NCBI GenBank assembly: GCA_963719315.1
Contig: CAVRBU010000002.1
Location: forward strand, 1,952,001 to 2,016,000
Source of the DNA: an uncultured Planctomycetota bacterium
Lineage (GTDB): Bacteria > Planctomycetota > Planctomycetia > Pirellulales > Lacipirellulaceae
Length of the DNA: 64,000 bases
Direction of reading: 5' to 3'
A program made the translations under genes and the position numbers. Of this stretch, positions 54,965 to 64,000 are shown piece after piece. The notes under the pieces were generated by a model. It was not told the DNA's origin, searched no databases, and saw only the letters and a program-made list of their open reading frames with translations. How positions within the stretch are numbered: position 1 is the stretch's first letter; every line of letters begins with the position of its first letter.

Positions 54965-56641
54965 ATGGCCGACAACACCCCAGCACCCGAGCCCGCCGCT
55001 GCCGGTCATCGCATCGCCGCGATCGATGTCGGATCGAACAGCATTCGGCTGGTCGTGGCCGAGGTGCTGCCGTCCGGCGGTTATCGCGTGCTCGATGAAG
55101 AGCGCGAGAACACGCGGCTGGCTGCGGCTCTCACGAAGACGGGCCGGCTCGATCCGAAGGCGGCCGACACGACCGTCACCGTGCTCCGCAACTTCCTCTC
55201 GATCGCGGCCGGATACAACGTGAACCAAATCCGCGCGATCGGCACTAGTGCGCTTCGCGATGCCGAGGATGGCCACGAGTTTTGCGACCGCGTTCGCAAA
55301 GACCTTAAGCTCTCGATCGAGGTCATCTCGGCCAACGAGGAGGCTCGGCTCGCCTTTCTGAGCGTGGCCCGCGCGTTCGATATCTCGGGCCGCAAAGTGG
55401 CAGTGGCCGATATCGGCGGCGGCAGCACCGAACTCGTGCTCGCCTCGTCCGGGCTCGTGGACCAGGTGTATGAAACGAAACTGGGCGCGGTGCGCGTGGC
55501 CGAAGAGTGCAACGTTACGGGCCGCGTCAGCGACAAGCGCGTCGGCCAACTGCGCGAATTCATCGATCGCAAACTGAAGAAAGAAGTCGGCAAGCCGCCG
55601 TTCGTGCCCGATATGCTGTTCGGCACCGGCGGCACGTTCACGGCGCTGGCGTCGATCATCATGGCCCAGCAAGGAATCGCCGGCCAACCGATGTGGGGCT
55701 TCCGCGTCAGCCGCCCGCAGATTCGCCACCTCGTGGCCGACCTCGCGAACATGTCGCTCGAACGGCGGTGCAAAGTGGCCGGCCTCACGCCGCAACGGGC
55801 CGATATCATCGTCGCGGGATTGGCGATTATCGAACGGATCATGCGGCAACTGCGAGTGAATGTGGTGCAGGTCCACACCCGCGGCGTGCGCGATGGGCTG
55901 CTCCTCACGATGGTCCAGCTATCGCCGACACCGCCCGCCGTGCCGGCCGAGGATCGCCGCGCGGCCGTTGAGGAGTTCGCCAAAAACTGCGGCGTCGATC
56001 TGCCCCACGCCCGCCAAGTCGCCCGCATCGCCGGCACGCTCTGGCAGCAGCTCACCACGCCGCTCGGATTGAAGCTAGAAGACCGCGAGCTAATTGAATC
56101 GGCCGCTCTGATGGCGAACGTGGGTTACCTCATCAACTTCGAAGGGCATCACAAACATAGTTATCATCTGATCGTCAACAGCGAATTGCCCGGCTTCGAA
56201 CGCCGGCAGTTGCAGATCCTGGCAAACGTCGCCCGCTACCATCGCGGCGCCCGGCCCAAACAGCGGCACGAAAGCTTTTCCGAACTCTCGCTCGAAGACC
56301 AAAATCGCGTGCGCGAACTTGCCGCGATCCTGCGGCTGGCGCTCGCGCTCGATCGCACACATCAGCAAAACGTGGCCGACGTGCGGGCCCGCGTGCGTGA
56401 CGACCTGGTGCGAATCGTCATCCAATCGCAAGGCGACACGAATGTCGACCTGTGGGCGGCCGAGCGCAAGGTCGATCTGTTCGAGCAGGTGTTCGACCGC
56501 AAAGTCCGCTTTTCGGCCCGCAATGCCAATCAGCAAACCGCACTCGCCGCCGCGCCCGCGGCAGCCGCGCGGCCAGCCGCGACGGGGCCGGCCCCGTCAA
56601 AACCAAAACCAAGTCCAAGAAATCGACCCGATGACGTGTAG
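54965..56641 (+). CDS. ppx: Exopolyphosphatase / pppGpp phosphohydrolase (Ppx/GppA)
   Basis: 'AAIDVGSNSIRL', 'TSALRDA', 'EEARL', 'DIGGGSTEL', 'GTGGT', 'RADII', 'GVRDG', plus an HD-like C-terminal domain. Confidence 0.93.
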   Translation: MADNTPAPEPAAAGHRIAAIDVGSNSIRLVVAEVLPSGGYRVLDEERENTRLAAALTKTGRLDPKAADTTVTVLRNFLSIAAGYNVNQIRAIGTSALRDAEDGHEFCDRVRKDLKLSIEVISANEEARLAFLSVARAFDISGRKVAVADIGGGSTELVLASSGLVDQVYETKLGAVRVAEECNVTGRVSDKRVGQLREFIDRKLKKEVGKPPFVPDMLFGTGGTFTALASIIMAQQGIAGQPMWGFRVSRPQIRHLVADLANMSLERRCKVAGLTPQRADIIVAGLAIIERIMRQLRVNVVQVHTRGVRDGLLLTMVQLSPTPPAVPAEDRRAAVEEFAKNCGVDLPHARQVARIAGTLWQQLTTPLGLKLEDRELIESAALMANVGYLINFEGHHKHSYHLIVNSELPGFERRQLQILANVARYHRGARPKQRHESFSELSLEDQNRVRELAAILRLALALDRTHQQNVADVRARVRDDLVRIVIQSQGDTNVDLWAAERKVDLFEQVFDRKVRFSARNANQQTALAAAPAAAARPAATGPAPSKPKPSPRNRPDDV

Positions 56642-56805
56642 GATGCGTCTCCGACACCGATGAAACCAAGGAATTGTTCGAGGAATCGGCCGCGGAGAGG
56701 CGTCCACACTGCTTTTGAGATCACCGTGCGCCGTATGCCACTCGCCGCGGCGAGTGCGAATCACGCGAGTCGGGCAGTTCGGGCAGAGCCAGTGGCACCC
56801 CGCGA

Positions 56806-57897
56806 TCAGGCTGCATATCCGAGAATCTGGAGCAGCCGCATGAGCCAGTAAGCGATCGTTGCCGCGACCGGAATCGTCAGCAGCCAGGCCCAGGCCATTT
56901 TTTCGACGATCGTCCACTTCAACGCGCTGAATCGCTTGGCCGCGCCAACTCCCATGATGGCCGCCGAGACATTGTGGGTTGTCGAGACGGGGATCCCGAA
57001 ATGAGACGCCAGGCCGATGATGGCCGCCGAACTCGTTTCGGCAGCGAATCCGTTTACCGGTTGAAGGTGGACCATCTTGTGCCCGAGCGTCTTGATGATC
57101 CGCCAACCGCCGCCGGCGGTCCCGGCGGCCATGACCAGCGCGCACATCACTTTGATCCAGATGGCAATCGTTAGGTTGTGCCCCGGCTCGGCGGGAGCGA
57201 CCTGCAGAAATGAAAGCCACTTCGGCAGATTCTCCAGGCGGCCCGACGCCGTGCCGGACGCCAATGCCAGGGCGATGATTCCCATCGTCTTCTGCGCGTC
57301 GTTCGTGCCGTGCATGAGTCCCATGCCCACAGCACTGAACATCTGGGCCTTGCCGAAAACTGCGTTCACCCTACGGGGCTTCCAGTTGCGGAGCAGCGCG
57401 TACAGCAGGCCCATGATGAAAAAGCCGAGCACAAAGCCCGCCAGCGGCGAGGCGAACATCGGGATGATGACTTTCCACAGCAATCCCTTGTTGGGATACC
57501 AGTGCTGGTGATCGGGCTGCGACCAGATGACGACGCTCCAACTTCGCGCCGATGCGACCGCGGCCCCCACCAGACCTCCCACCAAGGCATGACTCGAGCT
57601 GCTCGGCAGCCCCGCGCGCCACGTGACGATGTTCCACGCGATGGCGCCCAGCAGAGCGCAAATCAAGACTTCCTGCGAGGCGATCTGAGGATCGACCAGC
57701 CCCGAAGCGATGGTTGTCGCCACCGCCGTGCCCCACAGGGCGCCGATCAGGTTCGTGCAGGCCGCCATGACCACGGCCTGCCGCGGTGTGAGTACCCTGG
57801 TCGCAACGACCGTGGCGATCGAATTGGCCGTGTCGTGGAATCCGTTGATGTACTCGAAGACGAGCGCCATCAGGATCACGACGAAGATCAACGACAT
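56806..57897 (-). CDS. pit: Inorganic phosphate transporter (PiT family)
   Basis: 'INGFHDTANSIAT', 'GLPSSSSHAL', 'HGTNDAQKTMG', 'GIPVSTTH'. Confidence 0.93.
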   Translation of the reverse strand: MSLIFVVILMALVFEYINGFHDTANSIATVVATRVLTPRQAVVMAACTNLIGALWGTAVATTIASGLVDPQIASQEVLICALLGAIAWNIVTWRAGLPSSSSHALVGGLVGAAVASARSWSVVIWSQPDHQHWYPNKGLLWKVIIPMFASPLAGFVLGFFIMGLLYALLRNWKPRRVNAVFGKAQMFSAVGMGLMHGTNDAQKTMGIIALALASGTASGRLENLPKWLSFLQVAPAEPGHNLTIAIWIKVMCALVMAAGTAGGGWRIIKTLGHKMVHLQPVNGFAAETSSAAIIGLASHFGIPVSTTHNVSAAIMGVGAAKRFSALKWTIVEKMAWAWLLTIPVAATIAYWLMRLLQILGYAA

Positions 57898-57913
57898 GGT
57901 GCGAGCTCGTGCC

Positions 57914-58542
57914 TCAGGAATTCTTGAGCACGATATGAGAAATGGCGTTGCCGCAATCTCGGCAGCGGTCGATGGCCCTTTCAAGCAAATCGTACAGATC
58001 GCGGACCATCATGGCCTGCAGCGGTTCGAACTTGCCGGCGTAGACTTCGCGTAAGAGGTCGAGCATCACGTCGTCGGCCTCCCCTTCGATGCCCTGCAGT
58101 CGGTCATTCATCGCCTTGACCGTTTCCAGCGGAGGCATCTTCCGCAACAGACGGACCATTTGCGAGAGCGTTTCAGTGGCTCGCCGCATGAGCTCCACCT
58201 GCCGAGTGAAGTCGACGACCGCGAGTCGTTGGGCGCAAGATTGTAACGCTCCGCGAACTTTTCGATCACCTTGCAAATGCGGTACATCGAGTACGACAGC
58301 GTCTCGATGTCTTCACGCTCCAGTCCGGTAACGAATGTGTTCACCAATTCCTGGCTGATCTGCTCGGTGATGAGCTTGTCTTTGTCGCGCGCAAGGGCGA
58401 ACTCGTGCAGAGGGTGCGGATGGCTGCCGTTCTTAAGCAACTCGACCAGCAAAAGGGTCAAGGCTTGGGTTTCGTCGGCGCTGGCTTCCAGCAGGGCGAA
58501 AAACTTAGCGTCGTGGCTGAAGTATTTCTGGACGGAAAACAT
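57914..58542 (-). CDS. DUF47 (PhoU-like) phosphate transport regulator, frameshifted at about 58230
   Basis: 'TFVTGLEREDI..L' in one frame and 'IEGEADD...LYDLLERAIDRC.D' in the next. Directly upstream of pit. Confidence 0.85.
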
Positions 58543-58824
58543 CGTTCTGGCTCGCGGAATTTCACGCAATTGAACACGCTATCGACCGCTCTGGCGGATG
58601 AGTGATCTTCGCTTAAACCTTCGGCCGTCGCAAGACTCCGGTTGGTCGAGGCGGGCGTTGGCGGTAAACGTCGGGGACGGCGTTGCGGGAATTATCGGAC
58701 TTCGCGCAAGAATCTGTTGTCGAAACGTCGATGACGAGGCTTTGTCGTGAATTCCGGCCCGTCGAGGACGGCCGCCACGGGCATGCACTCGCCGCGGCGA
58801 GCGGCGCCCTGAGTCAGGGCGGGA

Positions 58825-59787
58825 TTAGAACAGCCGGCGTTGGGGCGCGGGATGAAGCGGGTAGGCATTGAAGCCGATGTCGCGGAGGTGGTCGGCGAAT
58901 TCGGGGGGGCCGTGGGTGCAGAAGATTTCGCGCGGGTTGACTTGCCGCACTGTTTCGATGAGCTGGTCGAAGTCGGCGTGATCGGAGAGTGGCAGGGCGT
59001 GGTCGACGCCTAGGCGGTATTTGGTGCTTTCGTCTTGGGCCCAGCCGGTTACGGCGATCGAAACGGTCGGACCCAGGCCGGGCAGGCGAAACTCGCGGGC
59101 GGCGCGGGGCAACGTGATGACGGCGTGGCCGTCGATCGGGCGGCCGTCGAAGAGAGCGAAGTCGCCGAGGTCGATGCCGCATTGTTGGTAGATGCGGCTG
59201 ACTTCGTAGACCGTGCGTTGTTGCAGCACGTGCACGCCGCTGGTTGTGAGCAGCTTGGTGACTTCCTGCGATTTGCCGAGCGGGTAGGCGTGAATGACGG
59301 GTGTCTTGCCGTCGGCGAGCGTTGCGTGGACCAGTTCCAACAAGCGGGCAACCGTCGCTGCCCGCGGCGGCAATCGATATTGTGGGCGGCCGAAGGTGGA
59401 CTCCATGACGAGGATGTCGGCGTGGGGCAGCTCGGCTGGTACGGAAGTCGCCGATTCACCGAGTTTGAAATCGCCCGTGTAAAGGAGCGATTGCGTGCCG
59501 TCATCGGCGAGCAGCATGGCCGATCCTAGGCAGTGGCCGGCGGGGAGCGCGGTGAGCTGCAGGTTGGCGAACTCGATCGGCACGCGGTATTGCATTTCCT
59601 GCACGCGACGCTGTGCGCCGAGTCGATGCTTATACAAACAGGCGGTGCCGGCCGTGGCGAGAGCCAGTTCGTGGCGGGCGATATGGTCGGTATGGGCGTG
59701 CGAGACGAAACAGCGCGGTTGGCGGCGGCGGACGTCGACGGCGAGTTGGGCGGCGGTGAGAAACAAGCCGGCGTTGTAGTGGAACAT
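58825..59787 (-). CDS. MBL-fold / beta-CASP nuclease (ligase-associated exonuclease-like)
   Basis: 'FVSHAHTDH', 'PAGHCLGSA', 'LYTGDFK', 'MESTFG.P', 'YPLGKSQE', 'LSDHADF', 'THG'. Confidence 0.88.
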   Translation of the reverse strand: MFHYNAGLFLTAAQLAVDVRRRQPRCFVSHAHTDHIARHELALATAGTACLYKHRLGAQRRVQEMQYRVPIEFANLQLTALPAGHCLGSAMLLADDGTQSLLYTGDFKLGESATSVPAELPHADILVMESTFGRPQYRLPPRAATVARLLELVHATLADGKTPVIHAYPLGKSQEVTKLLTTSGVHVLQQRTVYEVSRIYQQCGIDLGDFALFDGRPIDGHAVITLPRAAREFRLPGLGPTVSIAVTGWAQDESTKYRLGVDHALPLSDHADFDQLIETVRQVNPREIFCTHGPPEFADHLRDIGFNAYPLHPAPQRRLF

Positions 59788-59970
59788 TGTGGAGATTGGA
59801 ATGGACAAGGAGGCAAAGAGTGGGGGAGACAAGGAGGAAGTGGGCCCGCGCCTCGCCTGTTCGACTCAGCGTGAATTCTATACGATCACAGTCACGTACG
59901 TCGGTGCGAAAGAGGATTAATCCGAAAGAGGAATAAGAGGTACGTGTCTGCTGTTGCAAATACACTTTTA

Positions 59971-60033
59971 GAACACTAATTTCCGCTAATTGTCACTATT
60001 CCCAATTAGCGACGATAACCGGAGATTAGCGTT
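59971..60033. repeat. Inverted repeat of CACTAAT/CGCTAAT-type units
   Basis: AACACTAATTTCCGCTAATTGTCACTA ... ATTAGCGACGATAACCGGAGATTAGCGTT. Confidence 0.6.
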
Positions 60034-60056
60034 CCAAATGAACTGGAACTTAAGGG

Positions 60057-60911
60057 ATGAATTTGGGTTGGTTCGAAATCATCGTGCTGGGGATCGTGCA
60101 GGGATTGACGGAGTTTATCCCGATTAGCAGCACCGCGCATATGAAGATCGTGCCGGCTTTGTTCGGTTGGGGTGATCCGGGCGCCGCGTTTACGGCGGTG
60201 GTGCAGATCGGGACGTTGGCCGCCGTGTTGTCTTACTTTTGGCGCGACATCGTGCGGATTCTGGCCGCGATGTTCGCCGACTTGCGCCGCGGCAAATTGG
60301 CGACAACGCACGACGCGCTGATGGGTTGGATGATCGGAATCGGCACGATTCCGATCGTCGTCGTGGGACTGCTGTTTCGTCACGAAATTAAATCGGAGCT
60401 GCGGTCGTTGTATGTCATGAGCGCGGCACTGGCGGGCGTCGCGGTGCTGCTGGCGATTGCGGAGTGGTGGGTGCGCCGTCGGGAAGCGGCCGGCATTCGA
60501 GGCCGCGACATCGAGCAAGTCGGTTGGGCCGATGCGATCGTGGTCGGGTGTGCCCAAGCATGTGCGCTGGTGCCGGGCACGTCGCGGTCGGGATCGACGA
60601 TTCTTGGTGGGCTTGCACGAGGGCTGACGCGGGAAGCGGCGGCACGGTTTTCGTTTCTGCTGTCGATCCCGTCCGTTTTCGCGGCGGCCGTGTTGGAACT
60701 ATTCGAAGAGCGCGAGGCGCTGTTGGCCAATTCGCAAGATGCGGCAAAGCTGGTCGTCGCCGTGGTGGTGGCCGGCGCGGTGGGCTACGTCACAATTCCG
60801 TGGCTGCTGGGCTATCTTCGAACGCGGACGACGACGGTGTTCATTGTGTACCGTCTGCTGCTGGCCGGCGTGTTGCTATGGCTTCTTGGCAGCGGGTGGA
60901 TTACTTCCTGA
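60057..60911 (+). CDS. uppP: Undecaprenyl-diphosphatase
   Basis: 'LGIVQGLTEFIPISSTAH', 'PGTSRSGST', 'AARFSFLLSIP'. Confidence 0.95.
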   Translation: MNLGWFEIIVLGIVQGLTEFIPISSTAHMKIVPALFGWGDPGAAFTAVVQIGTLAAVLSYFWRDIVRILAAMFADLRRGKLATTHDALMGWMIGIGTIPIVVVGLLFRHEIKSELRSLYVMSAALAGVAVLLAIAEWWVRRREAAGIRGRDIEQVGWADAIVVGCAQACALVPGTSRSGSTILGGLARGLTREAAARFSFLLSIPSVFAAAVLELFEEREALLANSQDAAKLVVAVVVAGAVGYVTIPWLLGYLRTRTTTVFIVYRLLLAGVLLWLLGSGWITS

Positions 60912-61487
60912 CGCGGCGGGCGCGTCTTTCGACGAGTTCTCTTTTTCGGACGCCCGTTTTTCACCAGCCGCGTGAATCTCGCCGAACAGGTTTCCGCTAT
61001 GTTCGCCGTGCTTCCAGTAGCCGGCGTAGTGGCCATCGAAGAACAGGACGCGGGCCGAGACGCTGCCGAAGCCGGAGAGCGAAACTTCATCGACGACGAC
61101 GATCGGCGTGTCACCGGCCCAGCGGATGGGCAGCAGGATGGGGAGCGTGACGTCTGTGCCGCCGTATTGGATGCGGGTGGGGAATTGCCAGATATCGCCG
61201 GCGAGTTTCTTCACTTCGCCCAGGGTGTACTTTTCGCGGGCAAGTTTGGTGGGCTCGCTGCCGGGGCCGGAACTGGTGAAGCTGCCTTCAAGCGTAGCGC
61301 CGCTGAGCATTTTGGAGAGCTTGGCTTCAAGCTCGGCTTGCCGATCAGCAGGTTTTCCAGCGGTGGGCGCCGCCTGCGTGTTTTGCTGTTCGGGTTGTTG
61401 CTCGGCTACGGCAAGCGCGGCCGTCGCGCAAATTGCGAAAGCAGCGGGCAGCAGCGAAGAAGTCAAGCGAACCGAAGCGATTGACAT
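60876..61487 (-). CDS. Conserved-looking hypothetical secreted protein
   Basis: Signal peptide, AGGAG SD, and a globular region 'L.G.FT...Y....W.F..RI.YG...WAGDTP...ARVLF...YAG.W.HG'. Confidence 0.7.
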   Translation of the reverse strand: MSIASVRLTSSLLPAAFAICATAALAVAEQQPEQQNTQAAPTAGKPADRQAELEAKLSKMLSGATLEGSFTSSGPGSEPTKLAREKYTLGEVKKLAGDIWQFPTRIQYGGTDVTLPILLPIRWAGDTPIVVVDEVSLSGFGSVSARVLFFDGHYAGYWKHGEHSGNLFGEIHAAGEKRASEKENSSKDAPAASGSNPPAAKKP

Positions 61488-61563
61488 GGCAAGGCTCCTC
61501 TCAGGTGAATCGCTTAGACCGTCGTCGCACACAGTTTATACGATTTGAGGCGCTTTGCACAAA

Positions 61564-61773
61564 AAGTAGGTCCTGCTTGCCGAGCAGGACCTCGGAGGGC
61601 TTGCGGACAACGGATTTACGTCGAAGTTCCTTCCGGCGGTACGGACTAGACTTCTTCGGGCTACGCCCGACATGAGGGAGCGCGGCACATAAAGCGCGCT
61701 GGGGGCTCACTTCGTTCAACCCCTGCCACCCTTCATCATTGCGTCCTGGGACAGACAGGAATTCCTGTCTCAC
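61564..61773. repeat. Cluster of degenerate REP-like hairpins
   Basis: GTAGGTCCTGCTTGCCGAGCAGGACCT, GGGGCTCACTTCGTTCAACCCCTGCCACC, GGGACAGACAGGAATTCCTGTCTCAC. Confidence 0.55.
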
Positions 61774-61774
61774 G

Positions 61775-62518
61775 TCATCGGCGCAGGCCTTTGTAGAACT
61801 GGGCAGTGTCCATGTAGTGGGCATGGGCGGTCATGCTCGCGGAGTTCGGAGCGCCGCTTCCGGAGGACAAGTTTTGCAATTGGCCGCGGAGCTGTTGAAG
61901 TTCGGCCGCTTGTTGGCGGTTGGCTTCCTGTTGCTGCAACTGCGGTCGGACGAATGCGAAGTAGTTGGGCAGGTTGTTGTCGATATCTCGGCGGTACATG
62001 TTCAGATAAGGGCTAATCGCGGGCTCCGACTGCACGGACTGAAATGGCTTGCCGCGGAGCCGCGAGCGTGGGGCGGACTGTCTCGGTTGGACGGGCGCGG
62101 GTCGCGGAATTTTGTTGAGCGTCGCTTGTGCGTTGGCGCTCGCATAGGCATTCACGGTCGTTGGCGCACGGCCCATGGTCGGGGCATGCACCAGCGACGG
62201 GGCGGTGTTTGGCGCGGCGTAAGCGGTCTGGCGGACGGGGTAGTTTGCGACTGGCCGCGGCGCGGGTCCCGTTGGAGCGGCTGTACGCGGTGGCGCGTAT
62301 TCAGGCTGTTGCGGAACTTGTTCCAGATTCTGTCCGGCTGGTTGCTGCGGAGCGGGTCGTGCGGACGGAGTCGCAGGTTCCGCAGAGGGTGCGAATTGAA
62401 TCGTGGATTTAGCGAATTCAATTGGGGCGACGGCTTGAGACGAATGCGCTGCGAACACGAAGGATAAAACTGTGAGTGCGGCGGAATACTGAGAACACTT
62501 ACGCATTGCAGCCTCCAT
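61775..62518 (-). CDS. Hypothetical secreted Pro/Gln-rich protein
   Basis: Signal peptide, low-complexity linker and 'PAISPYLNMYR...NYFAFVRPQLQQ' motif. Confidence 0.7.
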   Translation of the reverse strand: MEAAMRKCSQYSAALTVLSFVFAAHSSQAVAPIEFAKSTIQFAPSAEPATPSARPAPQQPAGQNLEQVPQQPEYAPPRTAAPTGPAPRPVANYPVRQTAYAAPNTAPSLVHAPTMGRAPTTVNAYASANAQATLNKIPRPAPVQPRQSAPRSRLRGKPFQSVQSEPAISPYLNMYRRDIDNNLPNYFAFVRPQLQQQEANRQQAAELQQLRGQLQNLSSGSGAPNSASMTAHAHYMDTAQFYKGLRR

Positions 62519-62729
62519 GCTGAATTTCTGGATCGGACGGGGATGGGCGTTTTGAAATTAACGAGGGGCCGAACTAGTTGAGGGCGCAACGGCGTGGCCG
62601 CCGCCGCTAAAGGCGCTGCCTCGCGATGATTTTTGATCGGCGCGCGGCACGCCTTACCTAATCGTCAAAGTCGATCCAATAACTTGCGGTCAACCGCGCG
62701 AATGATGAGCCGCCAGCATGACAGCAATG

Positions 62730-64000
62730 CTACCGAGCGCGGCGGCGCGGGCGAAATGAGAGCGAAGCCACGGAGCCGACGAGGAGCAGCGCGAGCGCGG
62801 TGGGTTCGGGCACCGAAGCCGCCAAGCTGCTTTCGCTTCCGGAACCGGCGCCGGTCCAGGGCATGGGGTGCCCGGCGTTTCGCTGCCAGAAGAGGAAGTC
62901 GTCGCCGTCAACGTCGCCATCGCCGTCGGCATCGCCCTGCACGACCGAGGCACCGGAGGTGATGCCGACATTCGCGAGCCAAATGTTGAGGTCCAGACCG
63001 TTTACGACGCCGTCGCCGTTGAAATCCGGACCGATCGCCGCGGGATGCGACACGACCGAAACCAACACGCTGTTGGACGTATAAATCGGAACCAACGCGG
63101 TGGTCGCAGGCAGGCCGAACGTCGCCAGATTCGGAAACGACACCAGGCTGAAGTCGGGCATCGTGGAGAGGTCAACCTTGGGATAGTTCGGATCCGACAG
63201 ATCGACGCCGCCCAAATTGCCGGTGACGCTGATGATTTGAAACGAATCGCCGACGTGGAGCGTGCCGGGAGAAAAACCGCTAAGGGTGAGGCTCAACTTA
63301 CCGGCGATGCCGCCGTCGCCGGCGGAGAATATCTGATTCGCGTTGTCGGGAGTGAGCGTTAGTTTCAAATCGCCGGCCGTGACGAAGCTGTGCCGGGCCA
63401 GAACTTCGATGATTGCGCCGCCGCTGATGTTGATGACGCCGGCGTTGATCAGATCGTTCTCGAATGTGACTTTTGTGCCGGGACCGGAGACGGTGATGAT
63501 TCCCCCGTCGGCTGGCATGACCACCGGCCCAGCCAGGTTGACGACGTTGCCCGTGACGTAGTTATTGCCGGCCGTAAAGGCCATCATGCCGCTGTTCAGC
63601 AGGCCAGAGCGGAATCGCAGGATGGAATGTTGGGCGGAGATCAAGCCGCCGTAAAAATCTCCGATCGGTGCTCCGACGGGTCTAGCGATGCGCAGATTCA
63701 GGAAGGGCTGAATCGGATTTTGCGGATCGGCCGGGGCCCGCTCGAACTCGAGTTCGGCTTTCGCGTCCTCTGTGCCAAATACTTGCATAACGCCGTAGTT
63801 CGCCAAGGCGGTGATATCCGAGCTGGCGTCCACGACTTGAGACGACGAATCAATGATCAGATGTTCGTTGGGACCAACGCGCACTTCACCCAGGTAGCGA
63901 TTGCGAAATGTGCCGGTGAGGATGCGGCCACTGCCTTGGATCACGCCGTCGTTCAAGACGATCGTGGTGTCGCCGCGAGCGTCGGTGGCCGTTCCGCCGC
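62730..64000 (-). CDS. C-terminal part of a large secreted protein with a dockerin-like domain and PEP-CTERM sorting signal; starts beyond the window
   Basis: 'DFNGDGVVNGLDL..W', 'GDADGDGDVDGDDFLFWQRN', 'VPEPTALALLL...RPRRRAR'. Confidence 0.88.
   Translation of the reverse strand, partial: GGTATDARGDTTIVLNDGVIQGSGRILTGTFRNRYLGEVRVGPNEHLIIDSSSQVVDASSDITALANYGVMQVFGTEDAKAELEFERAPADPQNPIQPFLNLRIARPVGAPIGDFYGGLISAQHSILRFRSGLLNSGMMAFTAGNNYVTGNVVNLAGPVVMPADGGIITVSGPGTKVTFENDLINAGVINISGGAIIEVLARHSFVTAGDLKLTLTPDNANQIFSAGDGGIAGKLSLTLSGFSPGTLHVGDSFQIISVTGNLGGVDLSDPNYPKVDLSTMPDFSLVSFPNLATFGLPATTALVPIYTSNSVLVSVVSHPAAIGPDFNGDGVVNGLDLNIWLANVGITSGASVVQGDADGDGDVDGDDFLFWQRNAGHPMPWTGAGSGSESSLAASVPEPTALALLLVGSVASLSFRPRRRAR

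Overview
GC-rich chromosomal window from a planctomycete, probably Pirellulales/Lacipirellulaceae-like. Markers are Planctomycete-extracellular 'E-LE-R-LL' proteins, DUF1559, dockerin/PEP-CTERM proteins and the PVC small basic protein. Most of the window is housekeeping or metabolic: rhamnulokinase, xdhABC, tadA, cdsA, phoH-HD-ybeY-CBS-bamD-lptE, folP, proA, fliM, cstA, trxB, ppx, pit and uppP. It also holds large secreted proteins and many REP-like and heptamer intergenic repeats. At least seven genes carry single-base frameshifts that look like assembly indels. The most unusual region is about 17.1-20.7 kb. Two inverted copies of a non-coding element each contain two 9-8-9 palindromes exactly 77 bp apart, a dyad centred between them and an IHF-like dyad 33 bp outside. 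They bracket an AT-richer, 5'-truncated gene that appears to fuse a type I R-M specificity-like domain, a coiled coil and a HEPN (RxxxxH) domain. The left copy is split by an IS630 element and preceded by an rRNA-like promoter plus boxA with no rRNA. No tRNA, rRNA or CRISPR array was recognised. All calls come from reading motifs by eye; no database search was run.
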